A stretch of 49,422 nt of DNA from an uncultured Collinsella sp. (GCA_900547805.1 URIE01000001.1:1-49422), one strand, 5' to 3'; positions 9,702 through 19,302 are shown, numbered from the stretch's first letter. Translations and numbers: made by a program. Notes: a model not told the origin generated them from the sequence alone.

Positions 9702-11129
9702 TTAGGCCTCCATCTCGGCGAGCTCCTCCTTGGAGAAGCCGGCGACGAAGACGACGGCAGCGGCGATGACAAAGGAGATTGCCATACCGACGATAGCCCA
9801 GACGGTGTTCATCTGGCCACCCTGCAGGTAGTTGGTGAAGACCAGGAAGTTGGAGGCACCGCCAGCGAGGTAATAGGTAACGCCCATGAGGCCGGAGAAC
9901 ACAGCGCCGATGGCACCGCCGATGAACATACCGAACATGGTGCGACGGAAGCGCATGAGGATACCGAAGAGTGCGGGCTCGGTGACGCCGCCGGCGATGG
10001 CGGAGATGACGTAGCCCAGGGCAAGACCCTTCTCGTCGGGGTTCTTCATCTTGAGGAAGGCACCGAAGGCGCAGCCCCAGACAGCGGCCATAGCGCAGTT
10101 GGTGGAAACGAAGACGAAGGGATCGTAGCCGGCAGCGATGATCTGAACCTGAGCGAGCAGGATGACGGGCATGTGCATACCGCAGACCACGAAGAGCTGC
10201 CAGAAGGCGCCGAGGACGGCCATGACGAGCAGGATACCGATGCCACCCATGTCAGCGAGACCGAAGAGGGCGTTAGCGATGAGGCTGCCGATCTCGTTGC
10301 CGAGCGGGGCGAGGACGATGAAGGCGATGGGGATGGTAACGATCATGGTGCAGAACGGCGTGAAGACCGTGGAGAGCACGTCGGGCATGACCTTCTTAAA
10401 GAACTTCTCGACGAAGTAGAGGACAGGCACCGAAAGGATAATCGGCAGGACGGACTGCTGATAGTTGGCAGCGGCGATCTGAATGCCGTAGACGGAGATG
10501 ATTCCGCCGCCATCCTGGGTCGCGACACTCACGACGGACGGGGCCATGAGGGCGCCGCCGAGGAGCATGCCCAGAACCGGGGAGGCGCCGAGCTTCTTAG
10601 CGGCGGCATAGCCCAGGTAGATGGGGATAAAGGTGAACGTGGCCTCGTACAGGGTGGTGTAGAGGAACGTGTAGGTCGGATCGGTGTCAGAGAGAACGCC
10701 GAGCATGGTGGGACCGAGGACCGCAGCGATGGTGCGGAACAGACCGCCGGCCATGAGCAGCGGGATCAGCTGGGTCATGGAGCCCGACAGATAGTCGAGG
10801 ATGATGTTCGGCAGGTTCTTGAGCTCGAACTTCTCCTTGGGAGCATCGAGGTTCTCGTCGACCGCGGCACCCTGCTTGACGCCGGACATGGCGACGAACT
10901 CGGCGAGCACCTTGGGCACGTTCTGGCCGATGATGACCTGGAGCTGGCTGCCGGCGAACTGGCAACCCAGAACACCCTTGACCTTCTTGATCTTCTCCAC
11001 GTCGGCCTTGTTGTTGTCCTTGAGCGTCAGACGCAGACGCGTCATGCAGTTGGTGGCGACGGAAACATTCTCCGCACCGCCCACGAGCTCGAGGACATCG
11101 GTGGCAATCTGCTTGTTATCTACTGCCAT
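9702..11129 (-). CDS. PTS beta-glucoside/sucrose-family EIIBC (no EIIA domain)
   Basis: EIIB motif NCMTRLRL; EIIC motifs GMH and GVTEPALFG; GGGAGGGG RBS. Confidence 0.9.
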   Translation of the reverse strand: MAVDNKQIATDVLELVGGAENVSVATNCMTRLRLTLKDNNKADVEKIKKVKGVLGCQFAGSQLQVIIGQNVPKVLAEFVAMSGVKQGAAVDENLDAPKEKFELKNLPNIILDYLSGSMTQLIPLLMAGGLFRTIAAVLGPTMLGVLSDTDPTYTFLYTTLYEATFTFIPIYLGYAAAKKLGASPVLGMLLGGALMAPSVVSVATQDGGGIISVYGIQIAAANYQQSVLPIILSVPVLYFVEKFFKKVMPDVLSTVFTPFCTMIVTIPIAFIVLAPLGNEIGSLIANALFGLADMGGIGILLVMAVLGAFWQLFVVCGMHMPVILLAQVQIIAAGYDPFVFVSTNCAMAAVWGCAFGAFLKMKNPDEKGLALGYVISAIAGGVTEPALFGILMRFRRTMFGMFIGGAIGAVFSGLMGVTYYLAGGASNFLVFTNYLQGGQMNTVWAIVGMAISFVIAAAVVFVAGFSKEELAEMEA

Positions 11130-11235
11130 GGGACCCCTCCCCATATCATCGTGTGCCTACTCGTTTGGGCGTAGGCACGCCTTTGGCTCGGCGACTATAA
11201 CCCCTTACGGCCACCGAACCCTTGGATACGCTGTC

Positions 11236-11264
11236 GTAAACAATGTGTTTACTGAACGTTTACT
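11236..11264. promoter_or_regulatory. Putative LacI-type operator (gtttactgaacgtttact) in the divergent PTS/esterase promoter region
   Basis: CG-centred quasi-palindrome; similar motifs at 11558-11569, 34512-34568 and 35847-35862. Confidence 0.55.
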
Positions 11265-11619
11265 GGCTTTAGTTTACACGGAACGTCTAATTTGTGGCAA
11301 TTTTGCCGTCTGTAGTCCGGTGAACGGTAGGAAATCGGGGGTGAACGTACTTGAACGGTAAGGGATTGTCTATTTGACGCTCTGCTGCTAAATGCCTATT
11401 TACGTGGTCTTTTAATTTGGTAAACACCTCTATTCTTTGTTGACCCATCAACAAAAGCCCTGCTAAATGGTGATAAACGAATGTTTAGTAATTTGTTGAG
11501 TGTTCATTTTGACCGTTTACCGAGTTCATCTGCCTGTTCTGTAGCTCTGCATTAAACTAAACATGTTTAAGTTGTATTGCCGCTGATGTTTACCACTCGC
11601 GGCGCAGAGGAGGCAGCTC

Positions 11620-12957
11620 ATGGAACTCAAATCGTGCACCTACGCAACCGTCACCACGCTGGGAGACTTTGGCCCCTGGATCAGCAAAGTCGTGCTCGAC
11701 CTGCCGTGCACCGTTCGCGCCAACGATATCGATGCGCGCACCTTCCATATATATGTAGAGCGCCATGAACGCACGGGCGAGATCCTGATGCGCAAAGAGC
11801 GCGGCGCCGACCACGCCGCACCTTCCGTAGGCTATGTCGACGTCCTCGCCGCCTATCCGTGCGATGAGTGCGGACGCAAGCTCGCCTTTGGCACCCATGT
11901 GGCGCTCGAGATCGCCGAGCAGCGCCTGACCAAGAAGATCGAGGGCAGCGTGATGGGCTCGCGCTTGCTCGACGACCAGCTGCGCATCACGCAGCTCGCG
12001 GCCCTTCCCGGCAATGACGGTGACGATCCAACCTGCGGCCTGGTCTTTGACACCTGCCGCGGCGACATCTGTCCCGCGCTCAAGGGCTGGAGCAATGCCA
12101 CGCAAAAGACCGCCGTCAACGGCATCGCGCTCGAGTACGGCTTCTTTGAGCCCAGCTTTAAGGCCGAGGACTCCGCCTGCTTCAACCCCTTCGCGCCCGA
12201 AACGACAGTCGTGCCCCAGAAGGCCCCGCTCGTGGTGTACCTGCACGGCGCTGGCGAGGGCAAGGGCGCTACGCAAGGCGAGGGCGCCACGCGCGCTTAT
12301 ATCGGCAACCGCGTGACGGCCATCAGCCAGGCGCAGATCCAACGCTACTTTGGCGGCTTTGCCTGGGTTCTCGTGCCGCAGTCGCCCACGTTTTGGATGG
12401 ACAACGGCACTGAGCAGCTCGGCCACTCCAACCAGAGCATCTACTCCCCCGTCATTAAGGCGCTCATCGACGAGTTTGTCGCCGAGCATGCCGACCGCAT
12501 CGACACCGACCGCATCGTGGTCGCTGGCCTTTCCAACGGCGGCTTTATGACGCTGCGCCTGTGCGCCGACTACCCCGAGTTCTTCGCCGCGGGCCTTCCC
12601 TGCTGCGCGCCGTGGTACAACGCCACGGACGAGGACGTTGCTGCCCTTGCCAAGACACCGCTGTGGTTTACGCACTCCAAGGGCGATGAGCTCGTGATAC
12701 CGCAGGAGACCGTGCTGCCGCTCACGGCTCGCCTGCGCGCTGCCGGCGCCAACGTGCATCTCACCTACTTTAGCCATGTCGAGGACCTGACCGGGCGCTA
12801 CCGCGAGGCCGACGGCTCGCCCAAGAAGACGTTCAACCATGGCGTGTGGATCCACCAATTCAACGACCTGTGTTATCAAGACTTCGACGGGGGCAACGTA
12901 CTCATCGACGGCGAGCCGGTGGGCTGCTGGGAGTGGTCGGCCAGGGTCGACAGGTAA
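11620..12957 (+). CDS. Alpha/beta-hydrolase esterase with N-terminal Ig-like domain (EstA-like)
   Basis: PLVVYLHGAGE, nucleophile elbow GLSNGG, C-terminal HGVW; GAGGAGG RBS. Confidence 0.8.
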   Translation: MELKSCTYATVTTLGDFGPWISKVVLDLPCTVRANDIDARTFHIYVERHERTGEILMRKERGADHAAPSVGYVDVLAAYPCDECGRKLAFGTHVALEIAEQRLTKKIEGSVMGSRLLDDQLRITQLAALPGNDGDDPTCGLVFDTCRGDICPALKGWSNATQKTAVNGIALEYGFFEPSFKAEDSACFNPFAPETTVVPQKAPLVVYLHGAGEGKGATQGEGATRAYIGNRVTAISQAQIQRYFGGFAWVLVPQSPTFWMDNGTEQLGHSNQSIYSPVIKALIDEFVAEHADRIDTDRIVVAGLSNGGFMTLRLCADYPEFFAAGLPCCAPWYNATDEDVAALAKTPLWFTHSKGDELVIPQETVLPLTARLRAAGANVHLTYFSHVEDLTGRYREADGSPKKTFNHGVWIHQFNDLCYQDFDGGNVLIDGEPVGCWEWSARVDR

Positions 12958-12969
12958 TCCTTTCCCGAC

Positions 12970-13092
12970 GCGGGGACCGGGGCTTAGTTTTGCAAACGTC
13001 CTCGGGCATGCATGGGTCGGCGCTTTGCGCTTCGCGCTGCGCCGACCCATGCCCCCTGTGGAATGTTTGCAAAACTAAGCCCCGGTCCCCGC
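12970..13092. repeat. 123-bp nested palindrome
   Basis: Perfect 28-bp outer arms (gcggggaccggggcttagttttgcaaac) plus 14-bp inner arms (gcatgggtcggcgc). Confidence 0.9.
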
Positions 13093-13220
13093 TGCGTTGA
13101 CGTTGCTGTTGACCCCGGGCGAGCGCTTCCGGCGGGCCGCCGGGTTGACGACGATGAGGGCGGGGGTCCCGTCTTGCCTTGCGCGTGACTGACTGAAATG
13201 ATTTTGGTTGGAGCTTTCTT

Positions 13221-14732
13221 ATGACTCGCGATTTAACTCGGGTGATTGTTACTACTGATATGGAAGTCGATGATATGAACTCGCTCGTTCATTTGGCTCT
13301 GTATCTTAATGTACTTGATGTTCAGGCTGTGGTGTATACGGCTTCGCAGTATCACTTTCTTGGGGATGGGGTTCATACGCTCGGCGAGGTGAATCCTCAT
13401 TGGCGGACTAAAGGGCGTCGCTCTTATGAGTGGGATGTTGTGCCTCATGAGCCTGATCCCACGGCTGGGGAGCTTCTTGAGTATCGACCGTTTCCTGAGC
13501 ATTGGATCGAGAGCCTCTGGAGCAATGAGTATGCCCAAGCCTGGCCTCAGCTGCAGGCTAATGCGGCCGCTGCCGGCGAGTCTCCGTTTCCCTCGCCTGC
13601 TCAGTTGATTGAGCGTACGTTTGTGGGCAATGTTGCCTTTGAGGGCGATGTGCGTGAGGAGACTGAGGGCTCGCGCGCGATTGCTCAAGCGATCTTGGAT
13701 GATGACCCGCGTACGCTTTGGCTGCTCAGCTGGGGCGGCATGAATACCATTGTTCGTGCGCTCATGAGTATTGCTGAGCGCTATCGCGATACGCCCGAAT
13801 GGCCTTCTGTGCAGCAGCGCGTCTATCAGAAGGTGCGCGTGATGGGTGTTGCCGATGGCGTGGGGCAGGACAATTCTTGGCTCGACCATGGGCATGAGCT
13901 CTTCCCCGATCTCATCTTTTGGTGTGTGCCCTATATGTATGGCGGCTATGTCGATGCCAAGATGGCTCAGCCCGATACGCTGCCGCTCTTTCAGGCTCCC
14001 TGGCCCGAGCAAAATCTCACGCAGGGCAACGGTCCCCTTATGGCGCGCTATATGCTCTATGGCGATGGCAAGGTGTACGAAAACGAGCCCGAGCGCTTTC
14101 AGTTTGGCAAGCATGCGCGCTTGGATTGGGGCTTAGAAGGCATGCCTGCGATGCAGTTTGAGCGCGGCGACTTTATGGCCGAGGGCGACAGCATGACCTA
14201 TATCCCGCTGCTGCCGTTTGGCCTGCGCGGCATCGATAATCGCGACTTTGACACGTTGCTCGGCCGCATGTTCCTTGACGGGCATCCCGACTCGGACGCA
14301 CCCGCCGGCTTTGCAGCCATAGGCACGCCCGTCGATGGCAATCCTAATCCCTATCTGCGCGCCTACCAGGAAGACTTCGCCGCTCGCGCGCAGTGGTGCG
14401 CCCATGAGCCCGCGGCCTGCTCGCATCCGGCGTATGTTGCCGAGGTCACGGGCGACATGAGCGCCGCGGCCGGCGAGCGCGTTGCTCTTGCAGCGACCAT
14501 CGTCGACCCCGATGGCAGGGGCTTCGATGCTCATTGGAATGTCACCATGGGACCGTCGCGCTATGCAGGCGCTCAAGATCTGTCGCTATGGCAGGAATGC
14601 GCGACGGACGCCACGTTCACCGTACCCGCCGACGCGCAGCCCGGTGACCGCTTCGTGCTCACCCTCAGCGTTAAAACCCGCGCCGAGCGCCCCTGCACCC
14701 GCTACGCCCAGGTCGCCATCACCGTCGCGTAG
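13221..14732 (+). CDS. DUF1593 nucleoside-hydrolase-like protein with C-terminal Ig-like domain
   Basis: RVIVTTDMEVDDMNS, ETEGS...DDDPRTLW..WGGMNT, EGDS and QEDFAARAQW match DUF1593 proteins. Confidence 0.8.
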   Translation: MTRDLTRVIVTTDMEVDDMNSLVHLALYLNVLDVQAVVYTASQYHFLGDGVHTLGEVNPHWRTKGRRSYEWDVVPHEPDPTAGELLEYRPFPEHWIESLWSNEYAQAWPQLQANAAAAGESPFPSPAQLIERTFVGNVAFEGDVREETEGSRAIAQAILDDDPRTLWLLSWGGMNTIVRALMSIAERYRDTPEWPSVQQRVYQKVRVMGVADGVGQDNSWLDHGHELFPDLIFWCVPYMYGGYVDAKMAQPDTLPLFQAPWPEQNLTQGNGPLMARYMLYGDGKVYENEPERFQFGKHARLDWGLEGMPAMQFERGDFMAEGDSMTYIPLLPFGLRGIDNRDFDTLLGRMFLDGHPDSDAPAGFAAIGTPVDGNPNPYLRAYQEDFAARAQWCAHEPAACSHPAYVAEVTGDMSAAAGERVALAATIVDPDGRGFDAHWNVTMGPSRYAGAQDLSLWQECATDATFTVPADAQPGDRFVLTLSVKTRAERPCTRYAQVAITVA

Positions 14733-14775
14733 CAAGCGGCGGCACCCACATTCGGCACGGAGTGCCCCCAACTGC

Positions 14776-14805
14776 CACTCATTTAAGAACGTCCCCGATG
14801 ACTAC
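14776..14805 (-). repeat. GTAG-headed REP-like element, family C
   Basis: Reverse strand reads gtagtcatcggggacgttcttaaatgagtg; related to 28104-28204 and 48368-48398. Confidence 0.6.
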
Positions 14806-14811
14806 CCAGAA

Positions 14812-14876
14812 GTTGCGGTGGAATAGTTCCTGTTTGACCTTCTAAGGCCGCCATTTAGGAACTATTTCACCGCAAG
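14812..14876. repeat. 65-bp inverted-repeat element, family B, copy 2
   Basis: Same arms and spacer ends (gtttgacc...cattt) as 8027-8091, in the same orientation. Confidence 0.85.
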
Positions 14877-14890
14877 TTATTTGGGGATGA

Positions 14891-14910
14891 AAAATGGGCC
14901 ATGTGTCCCA
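14891..14910. promoter_or_regulatory. Putative NarL/LuxR-type binding box
   Basis: aaaatgggccatgtgtccca is 16/20 identical to aaaacgggccgcatgtccca at 23441-23460. Confidence 0.5.
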
Positions 14911-15007
14911 GTTGTGGAGACCTCTTGAGCCGTCTGGGTATCGTGAAAGATCGCGCGCTCCCCCATCATCAAAAGTGACACACGCTACCTGTTGATGGGA
15001 GGCAACC

Positions 15008-15745
15008 ATGGGCTTCTTTGACAAGATGTTCGAGAAGAAAGAGTGCGCGATTTGCGGTACCGAGCTGGGACTTCTAGGTAAGACCAAGATCAACGAAGGC
15101 TACCTGTGCAAAGAATGCGTCGGCAAGCTCTCTCCCTTCTTTGGCGGTTATCGCTCTAGCACCGCGGACGACATTCGCGAGCAGCTCGCCTATCGCGAGG
15201 CTAACGCCGAACGCCTGGCATCGTTCAACCCCACGCGCACGCTCTCGGCCGGGCGCACCAATATTATGCTCGACGAGGACGCGGGCCTGCTGATCATTAC
15301 CTCGCAGACGCGCTGGCGCGACGCCAACCCCGACATCATCGAGTTTTCGCAGGTACTGGGCTGCGATATGGATATCGATGAGCATCGCACCGAAATCTAT
15401 CGCGAGACCAAAGACGGCGAGCGCAAGAGCTACGATCCGCCGCGCTACGACCTGGATTACGACTTTAACCTGACCATCCACGTCAATACGCCGTACTTTA
15501 CCGAAATCAATCTGTGCGTGAACGAATCCACCATCGAGCAGCGCGGGTCCATCGAGTACCGCGAGGCCAAGCGCCAGGCTACCGAGGTCCGCGACGCGCT
15601 GGTGCAGCTGCGCCAGGAAACGCGCGACAGCGTCGTTGCCGCCAAGGCCCCCAAGACCGCGGTCACCTGCCCCTTCTGCGGCGCGACCACCATTCCCGAT
15701 GCCAGCGGGCGCTGCGAATACTGCGGCGGCGCCATCGGCGCATAG
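15008..15745 (+). CDS. DUF4428-like zinc-ribbon protein
   Basis: N-terminal KKECAICG...GYLCKEC; C-terminal CPFCG...CEYCG; GGGAGG RBS. Confidence 0.8.
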   Translation: MGFFDKMFEKKECAICGTELGLLGKTKINEGYLCKECVGKLSPFFGGYRSSTADDIREQLAYREANAERLASFNPTRTLSAGRTNIMLDEDAGLLIITSQTRWRDANPDIIEFSQVLGCDMDIDEHRTEIYRETKDGERKSYDPPRYDLDYDFNLTIHVNTPYFTEINLCVNESTIEQRGSIEYREAKRQATEVRDALVQLRQETRDSVVAAKAPKTAVTCPFCGATTIPDASGRCEYCGGAIGA

Positions 15746-15769
15746 CCCTCGGCACGGAAAGGACCGATC

Positions 15770-17089
15770 ATGGCCTTCGAAAGCGTTAACTATCAGTGCC
15801 CCGCCTGCGGCGGCCCCCTGCATTTTGCCAGTGCCGAGCAAAAGCTCGTCTGCGACTACTGCGACTCGCGCTTTGAAGTCGAAGAAGTCGAGGCCCTCTA
15901 CCGGGAGCGCCAGAGCAAGGCAGATGCCAAGGCCGATGCGGCGGCATCCCCCAAGCCCGCGGCCAACGAGGCTGTGCAGGAGCTTGCCCAAAACGCCGGC
16001 TATATTTGCTCGTCATGCGGCGCCGAGCTGATCTCGGACGGCACCGTTGCCGTCACCACCTGCCCGTACTGCGGTAACCCCGCCGTGGCACCCGGCCAGC
16101 TCTCGGGTGACTTCTCCCCCGACCTGGTGATTCCATTTAAGCTCGGGCGCGACGACGTCATGAAAGCCCTCAAAGAGCACTACAAGGGCAAGATCTTGCT
16201 GCCCAAGAGCTTTGTCACCGGAAACCACATCGATGAGGTCCAAGGCGTTTACGTGCCATTTTGGCTCTACGGCGCCCATGTTGACGGCGAAGTGTACTTT
16301 GATGCGACCAACGAGACCGTGACCGAGGAATCCGACCGCACCGTCACGACCACCGACCACTACGATGCCTACCGTAAGGGCAATATCTCGTTTGAGCGCG
16401 TGCCCGTCGACGGATCGTCCAAGATGCCCGACGGCCACATGGACGCCATCGAGCCGTTTGACTACGACGCGCTGCGCCCGTTCTCGGTCGCCTACATGCC
16501 CGGCTACATCGCCAACCGTTACGATGAGGACTGCGAGACTTGCAAGGCCCGTGCCGAGCGCCGTATGGAAGAAAGCACGATCTCGGCCCTGCGCGAGACC
16601 GTTATCGATGAGTACGACGATGCCTCGGTCGAGAGCAAGCAGCTCGACTACACCTGGGAAGACAGCGACTACGCCTTGTTCCCCGTCTGGATGCTCTCGA
16701 CCTCGTGGAACGGCAAGAGCTACCTGTTTGCCATGAACGGCCAAACCGGCCGTATGGTCGGCGAGCTCCCCTGCTCCAAGCCCAAGCTCATTATCGCCTC
16801 GCTGCTGTTCTTTGTGATCGGATTTGTCCTCTCCCAGATTCTCTTTATGGGCGAATACGCCTTCGATCCGGATTACCTCACCTTTGATATCGAGGGCATC
16901 CTCATCAACATCGTCGCGCCGCTGATCATCGTGATCATCGGAGACGTGCTGCTGGTAGGCCAGCTCAAGACAGCCAACGAAGCGACCCACGCCGACGAGT
17001 ACTGCGGCGAGCTCGACCTGGTCGAGAAACACGACACCTTCAGCCACACCGAGACCACCGTTGTCATGAAGGACGACAAGGACGACTAA
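15770..17089 (+). CDS. YdjG-like zinc-ribbon membrane protein
   Basis: Four CxxC pairs; P..VIPF, GVYVPFWLY, IEPFDY, PVW and NGQTG motifs; two C-terminal TM helices. Confidence 0.8.
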   Translation: MAFESVNYQCPACGGPLHFASAEQKLVCDYCDSRFEVEEVEALYRERQSKADAKADAAASPKPAANEAVQELAQNAGYICSSCGAELISDGTVAVTTCPYCGNPAVAPGQLSGDFSPDLVIPFKLGRDDVMKALKEHYKGKILLPKSFVTGNHIDEVQGVYVPFWLYGAHVDGEVYFDATNETVTEESDRTVTTTDHYDAYRKGNISFERVPVDGSSKMPDGHMDAIEPFDYDALRPFSVAYMPGYIANRYDEDCETCKARAERRMEESTISALRETVIDEYDDASVESKQLDYTWEDSDYALFPVWMLSTSWNGKSYLFAMNGQTGRMVGELPCSKPKLIIASLLFFVIGFVLSQILFMGEYAFDPDYLTFDIEGILINIVAPLIIVIIGDVLLVGQLKTANEATHADEYCGELDLVEKHDTFSHTETTVVMKDDKDD

Positions 17090-17137
17090 GTAACCCGACC
17101 AACACCACCCGGACTTTGACGAGAAAGGAAGATCACC

Positions 17138-18379
17138 ATGGGACTCTTGAAAGCTGGATTGGGAGCTGCCGGCGGCGTCATGGCCGACCAGTGGAAGGAA
17201 TTTATCTACTGCGAATCGATGCCCGCTGACGTCTTGGCCTGCAAGGGCAGCAAGCGCACCGGCGGCCGCAGCTCCAACACGCGCGGCGAGGACAACGTCA
17301 TCTCCAACGGCTCCGTCATCGCCGTCAACGACGGCCAGGGCATGCTCGTGGTGCAAAACGGCAAGATCATCGAAGTCGCACTGGAGCCCGGCGAGTTCGT
17401 CTTCGATACCGGCAGCGAGCCGAGCGTCTTTAGCGGCAACCTGGGCGACTCCATCAAGGAGACCTTCGCCAATATCGGCAGCCGCTTTACCTTCGGCGGC
17501 GACGCGGGCAAGGACCAGCGCGTCTACTTCATTAACACCAAGGAGATTATCGGCAATAAGTACGGCACCGCCTCGCCCGTGCCCTTCCGCGTAGTCGACA
17601 ACAACATTGGCCTGGACGTCGACATCTCCGTGCGCTGCAACGGCGAGTATTCGTACCGCATCACCAACCCGCTGCTGTTCTACACCAATGTATGCGGCAA
17701 CGTGACCGATAGCTACACGCGCGACAAGATCGACAGCCAGCTTAAGTCCGAGCTGCTCACCGCCCTGCAGCCCGCCTTTGCCAAGATCTCGGAGATGGGC
17801 ATCCGCTACAGCGCCATCCCCGGCCACACCACCGAGCTCGCCCGCGCGCTCAACGAGGTCCTCTCCGCCGACTGGCGTGACCTGCGCGGCGTCGAGATCG
17901 TGAGCTTTGGCGTCAACTCAATCGCCGCTTCGCAAGAAGACGAGCAGATGATCAAGGACCTGCAGAAGGCCGCGGTCATGCGCGATCCCACGATGGCGGC
18001 CGCCAATATCGCCAGCGCCCAGAGCGACGCGATGCGTGCGGCAGCAGCCAACCCCAACGGCGCGATGGCAGGCTTTATGGGCATGGGCATGGCAGGCGGC
18101 ATGGGCGGCATGAACGCCAGCCAGCTGTTCGCTGCCGGCCAGGCGCAGCAGCAGGCCGCCCCGCAACCGGCTCCGGCCCCCGCCCCCGCACCGGCTCCCG
18201 CCGCCGCGCCTGCGGCCGGCACGTGGACCTGCAGCTGCGGCGCCACCAACACCGGCAAGTTCTGCCCCGAGTGCGGCAGCCCCGCGCCTGTCCCGGCACC
18301 GGCCAAGTGGTTCTGCCCCAACTGCGGTAGCGAAAACGGCGGCAAGTTCTGCAGCAACTGCGGAACGCCCAGGCCCTAG
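17138..18379 (+). CDS. SPFH/band-7 (YdjI-like 'virion core') protein with C-terminal double zinc ribbon
   Basis: ADQWKEF, DNVISNGS and RFTFGG; Pro-Ala linker; WTCSCG..N.GKFCPECG-type motif occurs twice. Confidence 0.85.
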   Translation: MGLLKAGLGAAGGVMADQWKEFIYCESMPADVLACKGSKRTGGRSSNTRGEDNVISNGSVIAVNDGQGMLVVQNGKIIEVALEPGEFVFDTGSEPSVFSGNLGDSIKETFANIGSRFTFGGDAGKDQRVYFINTKEIIGNKYGTASPVPFRVVDNNIGLDVDISVRCNGEYSYRITNPLLFYTNVCGNVTDSYTRDKIDSQLKSELLTALQPAFAKISEMGIRYSAIPGHTTELARALNEVLSADWRDLRGVEIVSFGVNSIAASQEDEQMIKDLQKAAVMRDPTMAAANIASAQSDAMRAAAANPNGAMAGFMGMGMAGGMGGMNASQLFAAGQAQQQAAPQPAPAPAPAPAPAAAPAAGTWTCSCGATNTGKFCPECGSPAPVPAPAKWFCPNCGSENGGKFCSNCGTPRP

Positions 18380-18459
18380 CCCCTCTATCTGGTAATTGGC
18401 GGGGGATCCGCCGCCCCCGCTCCTGCTTCTATGGGTTTCGTTCGATTAAGGAGGACACC

Positions 18460-19302
18460 ATGAAGACAACGTTCAAAAAGTCCGTACTCGCATTCCTGAC
18501 ATGCGTCCTGGCGCTCGCCTTTGCCCTGACGGGCTGCAGCGGCGGCGGCAAGGACCCCAAGGCCAACTTCGTCGGCAGCTGGCAGTACTCGGGTGGAACC
18601 TTGGATGGCGAAGAGCTCACCGATGAGTACATGGATATGCTCAAGGAGTGGGGCCTCAACTGCGTCCTGATCCTCGACGAGGACGGCACAGGCGTCCTCG
18701 ATATGTTCCTTGAAATCGCCGACCTGAAATGGGAAGCCAAGGACGCCACCACCGTAACGATCACCGCCGAAGATGAGTCGCACGACCTGAAGCTCAAGGA
18801 CGACAAGCTCGTCCTTGAGGTGGACGGCGACAAGCTTATCTTCACCAAGTCCGACAAGGATCTGTCCGGCACGGTGAAGAAGGATCGCGAGGCGGCCGAG
18901 AAGGAAGAGGAGATCGATGAGGCCGTCGAAGACGACGATGTCCAGAGCGTCGAAATCTCCCCCGCCGTTACCGTCGCCGATGACGATTTGTGCACCATCA
19001 CCATCACCGAGAAGTTCAAGGACGACTGGGGCGATATCGGCTTTGTCGTCAACATCACCAACAAGAGCGACAAGGACCTGACCTTCTACGCTCCTTCCGG
19101 CAAGACCAACGTCAACGGCACCATGAAGGAACCCTGGTTCTCGGCTCACCTGATGCCCGGCACCAACGCCACCGAGGAATTCACGTTCTCGAACGGCGAG
19201 CTTGACAGCCTTGACGACCTGGTCAACACGACCATCGGCATCGACGCCTACCTGACCGATTCCTACGAGGACGTCGCCTCTTACAGCGCAACCATCGCGT
19301 AG
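18460..19302 (+). CDS. Acidic lipoprotein, unknown function
   Basis: AAGGAGG RBS; signal peptide with lipobox LTGC. Confidence 0.8.
   Translation: MKTTFKKSVLAFLTCVLALAFALTGCSGGGKDPKANFVGSWQYSGGTLDGEELTDEYMDMLKEWGLNCVLILDEDGTGVLDMFLEIADLKWEAKDATTVTITAEDESHDLKLKDDKLVLEVDGDKLIFTKSDKDLSGTVKKDREAAEKEEEIDEAVEDDDVQSVEISPAVTVADDDLCTITITEKFKDDWGDIGFVVNITNKSDKDLTFYAPSGKTNVNGTMKEPWFSAHLMPGTNATEEFTFSNGELDSLDDLVNTTIGIDAYLTDSYEDVASYSATIA

Noticed and set aside
8177..9772. Extended N-termini given by the ORF track (also 4187, 23495, 27558, 29488, 32369, 37483, 39928, 46278)
   Set aside because: The extensions overlap neighbouring genes or terminators. Downstream starts have good RBSs and begin where the family domain begins.
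18151..18220. Pro-Ala repeat in the SPFH protein as a DNA repeat
   Set aside because: Ordinary low-complexity linker with varied codons.
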